Source: Sphagnum compactum
Lineage: Eukaryota
Assembly (NCBI GenBank): GCA_965153455.1
Contig: OZ234493.1
Location: 30,618,213-30,682,212 of the forward strand
Reading direction: 5' to 3'
Length of the DNA stretch: 64,000 nt
Notes under the pieces: generated by a model
Databases searched by the model: none
Seen by the model: the letters and a program-made list of their open reading frames with translations, nothing else
What the model was told of the DNA's origin: nothing
Part shown: in pieces, positions 24,301 to 36,165 of the stretch
How positions within the stretch are numbered: position 1 is the stretch's first letter
How the letters are laid out: the number at the start of each line of letters is the position of its first letter
Made by a program: the position numbers and the translations under genes

Positions 24301-26888
24301 GTAAGTACATGTATAACTTTTTCATTAACTCGGCAGCGCTGTAGGTACCTTTACCTTTGTGAGTAAGGCCTCTTAGTGGCCATATTAATCCCCAAAAATG
24401 TTAGATTTGAACTCAAAGACCTAGATTTAGGCGTAGCATGGGATATTGGTAACATGTACAAATAATTTGGATTTTGGCAATTTAACCATGGTACCAACGT
24501 GGGTGCTGGTTCACCCTGGCCGTATTAATTTACAGGGTATATATAACTTTTAGGCAATGTTAAATTTGTTCTTGGAGACCTTGATTTAATCCAAAGGGCA
24601 ATACAGGTATTCACAATGTTTACAACCAACCCAATAAAACCTTGGTGCCAGTTCACCCATGCCCATTTATAACACTCCTAGTATCTCGGTAAGGGGTAAC
24701 CTGGATATGCACGTTTGTACTCATTGGATGTGGTAAGATGTATCTTCAAAGCATTAGTAGAATTTTTTTAAGTGTATTCAGAGGGCACATTATCAAACAC
24801 AATCTGTCCTCCAAAAGGTGGGGCATTTTGAAAAATGAAACTCTTGCATACAACAAGCTTTTCTCACTTTTCAAAAGCCTGGCCTCTTTTTATTCATTTT
24901 TCCTTTCATACTCAACCAGCATCTTCTGGGTAGAGGTACAGTAAAGTAAACAGAAAAGTATAAAAAAGTGTAATTAGAGCTATTCCTATTTTTATTAATT
25001 CTAATTAACTTTTTGCGTCTACATTATCATACTTCTACCAAATTCCCCAATCAAAATGTTTGTCAACATTTACACTAACCATATTGAAAAATAATTTGTA
25101 TGGTCATTTCATTTCTGAACATTATTTGTCAATTTTAAAGCCAAATGAACAACAGGAAACAAATTACTTTGCAACTAAACAATTTGTATAAGGTAAGCCT
25201 TCTCCTAAAGGGGACAATGGTTATAAGCTCCCTATATGCTAGGGACAATATCTCCTAGGTGGGGAGAGCTTCCAACTATAATACCCAAAATGAGTGCCTT
25301 ACCTTAAACAAAGCTTGAGTGAATTCTTTTAAAGGTATATCACTAAGGACACAAAAATCTAATGTTTATTGAAGTTTTTTAAAAAATATTTTGATCCACA
25401 TCAATATTAATGAATCAAAAAATATCAAATACTTTATAATATAATATCTTAGAACATCACAATTTTAAATTTCATCAATATCATGCATTTTTGTTTAAAA
25501 TATAATTAAATAATGAATGACATTTTGACCAAATTTGGTACACCTTAAAAAGTTCAACCTAATTATTGAAATTAATATTTACAATAATAAAATTCAGCTT
25601 TCAAGGTGCCCTATTCCCTAGAAAGAAGGGCCTTATAAGTGTAATGCTCCCTAGGGACAATCTCAAAACTGCTCACAAAATTCTGCCCCACAATTACCTT
25701 AAAAAAAACAAAGGAAAAACATGAACAAGTTTTTTTGGTGTAGGATAAAGCTCCATGGGGGGCCATCCACAGAAATAAGGGGCCTAGGACAAGGTGGTAG
25801 GAGCAAGAAGACACTTAACATCATGATAGGTGTAAGTGGTCTCTTGTAGGTGTAAGGTCTTGCACCATTTACAACGATAAGGTAGGTCTTCCAAATTCAC
25901 TAGGAAATTTCTCACAATGCTTTACAAGATATTGCTATGTTTTTCAATTGTATAGACAGCGTGCATGCAACGATGGTTTAAAGCTACACCACGCTTGTCA
26001 CCTTGTGTTAGGGTTGATGGTCTCAGAACCGGTTTTCTCTGATTCCCTCCTTTCGTGGAATTTGACAGGTGTTTTGATTTATGACTGACCTTTTGATGCA
26101 CTTTTTTCTATCAGTCTAAATATTTGATCGGTTGATTGTTGCACATCAACGTCTTACTAAAGGAAACAATCCACCAACCCACAAAGGCCAGGCTAATTGT
26201 TTTGTGATGTGAATTTGACATCTTTCCACTTTTCTCCCCTTCTAATCTGACAGTTCGCAAACATGGACTTGACCCTTGGTTGAGATAAGTTGCTATTTTC
26301 CTGTTCAGAAAGGAAAAGAACTAAAGGAAATAATACTCAATGCCCGATCTCAATTTCCCAAGCCTTGAATAAACTAGAGGTTTACCACATGATCAGTTTC
26401 TGTTCTAATAGGTCTCACATTGTATGAGGAGGATAGGATATTGAAAGGTATGAAACAAATGCATAAAAGATGGTGTTGTAACACCAATAATTGTGTGATG
26501 AACAGATTCATGGAAACTGATGTAGTGATTAAGTGGGTTTATCTCTTCCACTCAGTAACTGGATGGAAGATATTCCCTACTGCATTTGGAATCCTGACAT
26601 CTTATACATCTTAACCTCCTACCAACCCATGATCTACCTATGTTTAGGCTCATCATAACATATTGGTCTTGTGCTGTACAATTGTTAAGGGCAGAACTTA
26701 CTACCCCTTATTGTGTGTTGAAACTAGAAACTACATTGAGTGTGGACAGCATGGTACAGAAAGGTCCCCATAAGCTCGGTCCTGAGTAGGCAAAAAATAA
26801 TGTGCATAAAGAACAGGTATAATTTTCTTTAGTGTATGTCAAAGGTATGTTACCCTCAGTAAAATTTCCTCCTCAAATGGGATGGCAC

Positions 26889-29760
26889 CAGTGTTTTTTT
26901 TTTCATATTTCCTCAAGTGCCAGACTGGCTTCCTTTCTGATGACAGTGGGGTTCATTTTGCAATAATCAAAAATTTAATGACTAAATTTATGACTCCAGA
27001 AGGTAAATTTTCATGGCATTTAGGCTATGGTTTTTTCCAGTGAATAGCAGAGTTGGCTCTAGCACTTCAGTTTAGAATAGCAAATTTGGCTATGGTATTT
27101 TGAGCTAGTAGAAAATTTGGCTTAGGGTTTGGGAGTGGTAGTAGATTTGGCTACTTAGTGTATGGCAATATGCACAATTTTGCAACCAGCTTTAATACAA
27201 GGACAACATTTTGGCTATACACTTCAAAGTGTAGAATAAAGATAAACACACACACATAAACATGGGAATTGAACCCTCACCTTGAGAGGTCCTACCCCAT
27301 GTAGTAGAGGAGTCCTACACCCACACATCTTGCACAAGAGACGGATCTCATAATCAAACCTACAATTTCCACACAATGCATTCAAAAATCATACATGCTG
27401 TTTGGATTTCTGGAAAAATAAAATACAAAGGCTTCAAAAGATGAATCTACCTTCATAGCTTACAAAATGTGAGTGACAAATTCAAAAAAAAAAGTTATTG
27501 TGGGGAGACCTAACCATCCGCATGGTACCTCATGCATACTTCTTCCATATTGCAATGACTGCATCATATGGAAAATTGGTGACATTATAAAAATTCTGGT
27601 GAACATGCGAACACACAAGTCAAGGTGTGTGGTTAGTTGGTTGCACAACTTGCTTTTCATGAAAGCTAAATTGTTAAAGGTCCTTTCATTTTCCACCGAA
27701 CCTAATACCATTACCATTGCTATTTCAACAACCTTTATGTATTCACTTAACTTCTGGACCAAAAGGGCATAAGATTGGATCTTCAACCACATTTGAGTAA
27801 TAAGGTTCACATCTTTGGATTCCCGCATTATTGCCTCAACATCGTGACTCATGGTGAACCTGAAATGAGAAGCTTGGACATCAAGCTACCTTGAATCTAA
27901 AAGCCCAGAACTATAGATCCTCTTTTCAACTTCTTGTCATCAAAGAATGTAGATTTAATTAGATCTAAATGGGGGAGGAAATTGCTAGCAACTGTCTCCT
28001 CACATATCCAATACTGCAAGTACACCATGCCAAGAGTGGCCATGACTTCTACATCAGGAAACCTACGAGACAACTCAAAACACAAGTTTGAGGTAGCCTT
28101 CGAACATGCAACCTCAAGACTATCTCAAGCATGGCAAATTGGTCAGCTAAATACACATGAACATAAACATCAACAAAACTTCCACGATGATGGAAACCAC
28201 ACTATTGGCCAACAATGTTGAATGCTAAGTATGATGGCACATACATTAATAGGGGGTTCATGTGAAGCCCAAGTGAGCACCAACAACTTAGTATACTATT
28301 CATGAATACCTAAAAACTCATTGAAAGTGGGGTCATCATATTTATAGAATGGATTGACATAAAGCTAATACAACTTAACCTCTGTTGATTTCAATGTGTC
28401 AAAAAACTCATAAATAAAAACATCCTGCCTTTGAGCATATTTGATTAATGGGTGCATTACTTCCAACATTGGAAGGATGCATGGCAAACCCAAAGCCAAC
28501 TCCAAATCACATAAAAAATCCAAATTATCCCAAACAAGCTTGCTTTTGGGTGCATCCATGTACATCTTAACAACCAAGGACTTGTACTCTGTTAACAACC
28601 GCTTCAAAGGGCTAAGCATGGATATCCAATGGGTTTTGATGTTGCACAACAACTTCAAGCCTTTAGTTTCCAATATCTTGGCAAGGGTCACAAACTTTAA
28701 CACTTTCTATGGACTGTGAGAGAAAAAAATGTACAAAGATTGCAACATACCTTCAATGCGCACAACCAAGGACAACTTATTCAACACCAAAACAGCTAAA
28801 TTGGTTCAATGTTTTACACAATGGACACTAATGAAATAAAGGGTAGTCTATTCCCATGTTTATGTAATCACCCTAATTTGAATGCCCTGGAACACATAAT
28901 CATCATCACATCCAAGGTAGACCCACTTGGAGGCCATGGTTTCATTAGTAAGACCCCCATACCCACCCATGGCATTCAAAATGATAGCCTTAATGTTGTC
29001 TAAGGTTGCTCCTATCTCAACCTTTTCAAGGGTCAACACGTATCCATGGATGTTGTCCAGTGTGTATTCATTTAAGTTCATCCACCACAAGCCATTGTGC
29101 GCAAACTTCAAACACCCAATGAACACAATGAAAAGTGGACCGGCACCACTTCAACTTGTTACACTCCCCAATATGGTCAACTTGCCATTGAACACCAAAG
29201 TAGCTTAGCCTTAAACCAATGCCACCAAGAACAAAAAAAACATTGAAGATCTTTGTACACAAAACATGATGAACATAAACCTTAGCTCTAAACCATGAGC
29301 ATGTAGAAATGATGGTCAACCCCATCTAAGAATGTAGACAACTCGTTTAACATAATGAAATTGATTAGTGAATGAACTATTGGGGCGATCTCCTGTCTAT
29401 TCACCAATGAGGATTCGCAATGGTTGTCTCATCAACATAGGAGGTATGGTGATTTTCAATTTGTTCAAGATTGACAATCTGATCCTTCTTTGGGTGGTGG
29501 AATTGGCGCATCCAACAAAGGAACGTTCATGCACATGGCAATATCAAACTTTACCTTTTGTGTAGACGGTGATGGCACAAAGTAGTGGCTGCTAGTTGCA
29601 AGCAATTAGGGTTAATGATGAGAGTTAATAAGGCCACAAAAAGTGGCAATAGGGGGGCTTTGGGCGATTTTTTAATTAAAAAATCTGAAAAAGCCAATGA
29701 GCATATCGCAAGACACTTTTTACAATCACCTTCTCGCAACAAATTGCCAGAAAAAAAATC
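26889..29760 (-). mobile_element. Decayed hAT DNA transposon
   Basis: Starts with CAGTGTTTTTTTT and ends in an eroded A-tract TIR. The direct repeat ATGGCACC flanks both ends (26882-26889, 29761-29768). Contains transposase remnants. Confidence 0.75.
27560..29330 (-). pseudogene. hAT transposase remnant (ZNF862/DUF4371-like with C-terminal dimerization domain)
   Basis: LGCDDDYVFQG, VHCVKH*TNLAV (CxxH motif), KTHWISML, VLGSVENERTFNNLAFMKSKLCNQLTTHLDLCVRMF. Many stops and frameshifts. Confidence 0.88.
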
Positions 29761-30998
29761 ATGGCACCCTACGCAAAATGCATAAACCAGTGTGGGTGGG
29801 TATTTGATTTTTGCAATACCCACCAGTTCCAGGTATTTGAAAATTTCAGAAACAAAGAACTATCAATTCTGGGTATTTAAAAGTTTTCAGAATCAATGAA
29901 TTGCTGGATTTAGATATTTGAAAAAAAATCAAATTTAAAAACCTGCTGGTTCTGGGTATTTCAAAAACTTCAAAGAACCACCAGGTTTCATGAAAGAACC
30001 AGCAAAGACCTGGTGATTTTAGGTAGTAATATGATTTTTTTCAAAAAAATTGAGAACCATGATTATATATAAAATTCTGGTATTTGATTCTTTGTAACCA
30101 TGATTATATATCAAAACTGAGCATTTGATTTTGTATAACCACATTTATGAACTTTGGTACTCGGCTTGATACCTGGCAGGGGTTTGGTGCAATTTCTAAA
30201 TACTCACCCCACTGTGGTGTAGACCTCTCCTCCTTCCCAAACAAAACCATAGGCTCCATCAACTTGTACAGATCTTTGTCCACCCGATCTGTTCCCAAAG
30301 TACACAAAGGTCCCCATTAGTTAGGAACTGAGTAGGCCGTAAACAATGCATAAATGATGCTATGGTACAAGTATGGGTGCGCTGGTTCACCCAAGGTCAC
30401 TTTTACAACTATTGTATAGGACATGGAGATGTACCAGTTCCACATTGAAGCGGTAGGTTTTCTACTTTCTACACATGCCACGAGTTTGCACACGGTAGGT
30501 GAAACTTCCCTTTGTACCGATCATACGTACAGATGGTGGAAGTGTGATTCTCTCTCCTTTCCTGCCCTTTGGAGTTTAGTCCTGTCTCCAGCTTTCACAC
30601 TTCAAGGTTATGCCAGTAATTATGTCGTAAAAGTGCTTTCTATTAGTACCGGGCCACTCTTTTCGCTTTACTGCATAATTTGATCTACATATTATTGTGC
30701 ATATGGTTTTAGGGACATGCTTGGGCTACCTAGAACAGGCTAGAAGTCTTTCTATCTGTGCTCCATGACAATGGATGTTCGTTACGTCAAGTAATAATAG
30801 TTGGACAAGATCCCTCTAATCGTGGTTTGATTAATTTAATAGTAGCCAATTTAACATTTCGGCATGGTCGATTTGCCAGTTGTTGCCGTTCTAGTTCAAT
30901 GGATATAAACGAACAAATTTCAGGGATGAGTAGGTAGTTGTGGCATTGAACATCTCAAACATTCCTGAACCTAAGGGGACACATGAGGTCAATGACTA

Positions 30999-31246
30999 CA
31001 GTGTATTTCTCATCAATTTTTTATTGTAGCCAAAGTGGTGATGATATCATCACAGGAAGATTTAGCCAAACTTGGCTACAAGCTAATTAATGAAAGTAAT
31101 GTTTTAAAAACAGCATTCTATATTTTTGGCTACCTACTGGAACCATGTATAGAAATCTGACTACCAAAATCTGAAACCCTCAAATTTTGAGACTTTTATT
31201 TTTTTACATAACTTTTTGGCTACATATAGCCAGCCAAAAAATGGCT
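30999..31246. mobile_element. hAT-like MITE (CAGTG...CTG ends)
   Basis: Starts CAGTGTATTT, ends AAAAAATGGCTG. Internal TAGCCAAA/TTGGCTAC repeats resemble the reverse complement of the 15337 and 35861 family. No TSD. Confidence 0.5.
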
Positions 31247-31943
31247 GCTATCTAGCCTTTCAGAAGAGCCTGGTAGCCAGCGAATATCAATTCCCAAATT
31301 TGCAGCGTCTAATTCGTTCGATGGAAGCATTGGAATGGACAAGTCTGCCTCTCTCAAGACAGCCTTCCACATTTTCTCTGTAAGAGTGACCAAATCCTTG
31401 CACAAAGAAAAAGTAGGATTATGTACAAGCCGGGAAAAATAGTTAGCATGAAGCAGGTAATAGAACTGAGTCGCCGACTGTAAATGAACTGTTTGATTTA
31501 CCTATTGGAGCTGAACTTGCTACTGCAACTCCCTGAAATTATTAAAATGCAACAAGATTTCGTGAGACTGCACATCCATTGATCTAGATTTGAAGACATG
31601 CCCCATTTCAAGATCAGCATTTGAGGCGAACTAGCCGTGTAAGTTTACACTTGATTCACTGCAATGAAGCACCATAAGATTCATACGATGGGCTTAAAAG
31701 CTTGATTCAAGACGTGTCTAGAAGAAAGAAATGTCTCCGTCTAGATGGACCCTGACCTTCATGCTAGATTTTGGTCATGCAGCTTACCGGAATGTATCTA
31801 CGTTGACCGGCCACTGACGACGTTTGAGTTAACATCCAAAAGCATCGGTAAACACCCATATTGTGTAGCTGCCAGCTGCCATGATTCTGCCGTGCCACAC
31901 TATTGTCTCTGTCTTCCTCCTCGCTGCCTTCGAAAAGAATCGA

Positions 31944-32550
31944 ACCCTTTGGATGCACACAGCTTGGCACGAATCTCTCACTACCTTTCAGCCAGGGACA
32001 TGATGATCATTGAGCTTCCTAACTTAAGGAGAAGGATAGAGTGGAAAGACGTTCAGCCAGAGCCGACTTCTTGATCGCGACAGCCTCTGCCAATAGCAAG
32101 GCGGAGGCTCTATACTTGGGCCCTTTGGGAGGTGGGCTCTACCTATACTTCCAAAATGGACATATGGATTGCAAAGAGCTAAAAAATGTGAATAGACAAC
32201 CTGGCATCATCGCGCACTAAGGCACGACATCTAGACAGACGCATACTAACTAAACTCCAGCCACAATCGGGTGCACTCGCTAAGTGAGTACTCTTTGGAC
32301 TTAAAGTAAATTTTACCGTGGCAACTTTCGTTCTACAGCAATTTCCTCAAATGAAAAAAAGGAAAACACACACACCAAAAGGAACACATTCTCCAATTTC
32401 CAACATAAAATTGTTGTCGATCTGGACAGAAGCCACAATGACAATGAGCAACTTAAAGCATCTGAGGCAAGAAGCTCGAGATCTTAGAAGCACCAAAGAC
32501 GTCCAGAGAAATGTGAGACATTCGTGCCAGGCCGTGGCGACCAAAGAGCT
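31944..32550 (-). ncRNA. MIR536: MIR536 precursor; mature UUCGUGCCAAGCUGUGUGCAUC at 31973-31952, star arm ~32542-32521
   Basis: The reverse complement of 31952-31973 matches miR536 except near the 3' end. The 5' arm GCTCTTTGGTCGCCACGGCCTGGCACGAATGTCTCAC pairs with the 3' arm GTGAGAGATTCGTGCCAAGCTGTGTGCATCCAAAGGGT. Confidence 0.9.
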
Positions 32551-32714
32551 GCCCTCGCCATAGCCGAACTGCAGTACACCACTCTAGGCAGCAGGCAGGC
32601 AGGCAGGAAGGAGATCGATCCTCTGAAGAAACTTCTATAAGAACCCAGCCAGCCAGCAGCTCTTACTGTGAGTGAGTAAGGAAGGGTGTGCGAGAAAGAG
32701 TGCGGGGGCGAGGG

Positions 32715-32920
32715 GAGTGTTATAGCACTCTCACACACACAGGTGATCGGAGAATCTCTAGAAATAGAAACAACGACGTAATAGCGAGGCCACCACATGA
32801 GTTTAGGCCATACGGAATTGATTGACTGACATCCCACTTGACAAACCCACTTGCCACCCGTATACAATTCCCATGGATTATCAAAATTTGATTACAACTC
32901 GACCGTGGCACCCACTTGAC
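32715..32920 (-). promoter_or_regulatory. Candidate promoter of the - strand MIR536
   Basis: TATAAC at 32724-32719 followed by a CT-rich tract. CCCACTTG(A/C)C E-box-containing motif occurs three times (32833, 32846, 32911). Confidence 0.45.
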
Positions 32921-33028
32921 ATCTAGAATGGCCAAAACCCATTTCCCACAAGCAAGTACTTGGTACTAGAGTGAGGACCTCCATTACCAGTGGCTAGTCC
33001 TGGACCTTTTACTTGTAGTAATTCAACC

Positions 33029-33247
33029 GACTTAAGTCCTGTCATATCGTCCTCTCCTTTTGTGTGGAACCACTTCCTCTCCTGATTGGTGCCTTTTTTT
33101 TTCTTTTTTAAGTTTGGCAAGGTTACATCATTCCATCAACTTGGACTTAAGTCCTATCCTATCGTCCTCTCCTTGTTAGTTTCCACTTCCTCTCGGGATT
33201 GGTGCCTTTTATTTAGGAAAGTTTGGCAAGGTCACATTATTCCATCC
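33029..33247. repeat. 115-bp tandem duplication upstream of the - strand MIR536
   Basis: GACTTAAGTCCT...TATCGTCCTCTCCTT...CCACTTCCTCTC..GATTGGTGCCTTT...AAGTTTGGCAAGGT.ACAT.ATTCCATC at 33029 and 33144. Confidence 0.9.
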
Positions 33248-33638
33248 TCTTATGTCTGGTACATAGTACATATTTAGCCCACTACGGTGACAAAATTCTT
33301 TTAACTCCAATTGTTTCTAATCTAAAACACAGCCACCTGTCCTCAGCCAACTTTGATGGCAAAAACCTGCTCATTCCCTAGCCGCCCCACCCAACAAAAC
33401 TACTCGCCTTGCACCACTAGGAGAGAGCACTAGTAGTGGAGATTTCCTTGTGCGTTTGGAGGCACATTTAATACAGTAGTAATAATAATGCCTCAGCAAA
33501 ACAGGAGCCACCTTATACCTACAACAGGCCTCTTAAACACCCACTACGAGGTGCCTTGTAGGCATAATGTACTTCCCACTCCTACCACCTCGCCATCTTC
33601 ACATTGTCAGGGTAAAGATAACATTTTCTGGTTCTTTA

Positions 33639-33970
33639 GGGCGACTTTAGACGAGGGTCCAAGGTCCAGGGACCAATGAATTCAAACAATCTTATTGGTC
33701 AAAAGCTTTAAACTGGTCCTAAGGCCTTTAGACATGGGTCCAAGACAAAAAAGTGGCAAATTAAGGCTAAACCTACATGGCACTTGTTTTGCAGGGAAGA
33801 TCAACTGGTTTGGACCAAAGAACAGTGCTAAAATGCGAGCTCCTGATTTGGAGAACCAAGAATCAGGCTAGGGACCAAGGTACAGTCCAATTCAAGGATT
33901 CAGTTTGCTTCAAATCAGTCCAAATTGGTTCCTAGGAAAATGGACCGTGGATCCTCATCTAAAGTGGGCC
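33639..33970. mobile_element. Tourist-like (PIF/Harbinger) MITE
   Basis: ~29-bp TIRs GGGCGACTTTAGACGAGGGTCCAAGGTCC / GGACCGTGGATCCTCATCTAAAGTGGGCC. TSD TTA at 33636-33638 and 33971-33973. Confidence 0.85.
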
Positions 33971-34604
33971 TTAATATGGTTGTGGGACATTCCTGGAATA
34001 AGGGGCCTAGGACAGTTATGTGGCTAGAGTCATTCTAGGTCCCTCATGCCAGAAGGTCCCAACTTGTAAGGTCTTTCCCTACACATAAAAACCTCACCTA
34101 ATTTTTTTTTCTATATTGTCAGATCTACCTTTCAAGCATAATCTTCTTACTGGCCTCAGAGGTACCTTCCAAATCTACAGGGTGCCTTGGGGGTGGTGGA
34201 TTTAATATTTTGCCACTTTTTTATGTTGGGAAAGGGCAGGCCCCATCAGCATAATGTTTTCTGGGGGCTTGGAGCACTGCCGTCATTGCCCTCAAACTAT
34301 GTACCACACCAGCAGAAAATGTCCAGTGTATCCGGAGGGCACCTTATCCAGAGGAATTTCTCCTTGGCAAAGGGCACAGCGTTGTGAGCCGCGAAATGTC
34401 CACTTTGCTTTTTCCATTATACCTGGTGGATACCCACTGAGTGGGCATGATATCCAAGAGAAAACATTTAGAAATAATTTTCTGCTGATGCACTACCTCG
34501 GGCAGCCATTTATTTTGCAAGTGACCCGCTCATTGACCATTACCCAACATGTAGTTTCACCCCTCTGAACTCTGGACTTGCATTTCCCTGACACTCAAGT
34601 TCTA

Positions 34605-35337
34605 CTAGTGGTAACCCGTGTCTGCAAGGCACGACTCGGCACTGGGAAAAAACTGGGAGTCCGAAGGAGACCCCAGTGGAACTCTAAATACGTAATATTT
34701 TCACCTGCATAATCATCCATCCAGAACTCCTAATTGGACGGAATTACAAATACATGATATTTCATCCAAATAAATCACCATGCAAAACTTATCATTAGAC
34801 GGAACTTACGAATACATAAATATTTCATCGACATAATCAATCCATCGAAAACTCTAAGTGGACAAAACTACAAAATCTTTAATGTTTCATCCACAAATCA
34901 TTCCTCCTAATTGGACGGAACTACAAATACATGATATCTCATCCTCATAACCACCCATCCAGAACTCTGAGCTCATTGGACGGAACTAAAAACGTATAAT
35001 ATTTCATCCACATAATCACAGAACTGCCGGGTTTTCGTGCACAGAACTGCCGGGTTTCACGAAAACCCGGAAAAGAGGAGCCAGGCAGGTTTTTGGGTGG
35101 TTATTTTACTTTTACAATTTGGGATCTGGGTTTCAGGACCTCGACCAGACGGACGGACAGGCGGGTCCCAATCTGGGTTTCAGGACCTCGACGGACGGAC
35201 ATCCTACGGTCGTCGACCGGTGCTCGGTCCTGTCTCTTTTATCTTTTTCCCGTCACTTTTCTCTGTGTCCAGTGGTCTGCATCCAGTGGTCACAGACAGA
35301 CGGACGGTCTGACAGACAAGGCACTTTATATATAAGA
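34605..35337 (-). mobile_element. Non-autonomous Helitron (733 bp) with internal ~60-bp tandem repeats
   Basis: On the - strand: A|TCTTATATATAAAG start, (GTCT/GTCC)n microsatellite, subterminal hairpin CGTGCCT-TGC-AGACACG, end CTAG|T. About six units with a GGACGGAAC core at 34676-35020. Confidence 0.85.
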
Positions 35338-35860
35338 TGTGGGGGAAGGAAGTAATCTGGAAGCCCCACAATTTCCACCACATCCCACTTGGAGGTAGTC
35401 ACAAATGGAAGTCACAATTTATTGAAAAAAAATTTGCAAAAAAAATGTTAGAGTGATAATATGATAGGGATGTTAGAAATCTAACCCAAATGTCAATATC
35501 TATTGTGCAATGGTTGCAAGTTGCAAATCATATGTAATCTGTAAATGGTGACCGGTAGATGTACATCAGATTGTTGGGATGTAAATATTGATTTTGATTT
35601 TGCTCAATCCTTGCATTAGTAGGTAGTAAGCTGACAAAAGCATGAAGAGACTTTTTAAGTCTTTCTTCAAGCTAGGTTCTATGATGCCCTATATTTTTCA
35701 TATTTGGATCTCCATCTTGTTGTCAGTGTTACCTGGGAAATGTAACTTCCCTGGAACAGTTATAAAACATTTTCGTAGATCTAGAGATTTTCAAGCATCC
35801 CACTGTGTAGAGTAGTTCTAGTATGTTGCATCTTGCATCATCTCATCACCTCCTTCACAC

Positions 35861-36165
35861 CAGTGTTTTCTTCACTGGTGAACTTTGGCAAAAAAGAGAA
35901 GTTACAAATTAAAATTCAAAAATGAAGTGATTTTGGCAGTTTTCTGTCCCCAGAAGAGAGAAAAAAGTAAAGTAAAAATCAGGAGATTTGTACATTTGGT
36001 TTTTATTGTGTAGTAAAAAAGGATGCTTTAAAATGTGCATTTAATATTTGGTATAAAATCAGATTTGACTAAATCTTCCTTTGGATTATCGTCCCTTTTT
36101 CACATCTTCCTATGGAAGATCAGCACTTTAGCTACAAATAAAAAATTCCTTAAAAAAAAACACTG
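35861..36165. mobile_element. hAT-type MITE
   Basis: TIRs CAGTGTTTT / AAAACACTG. Degenerate 8-bp TSD CTTCACAC / CTCCACCC (6/8). Confidence 0.75.
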
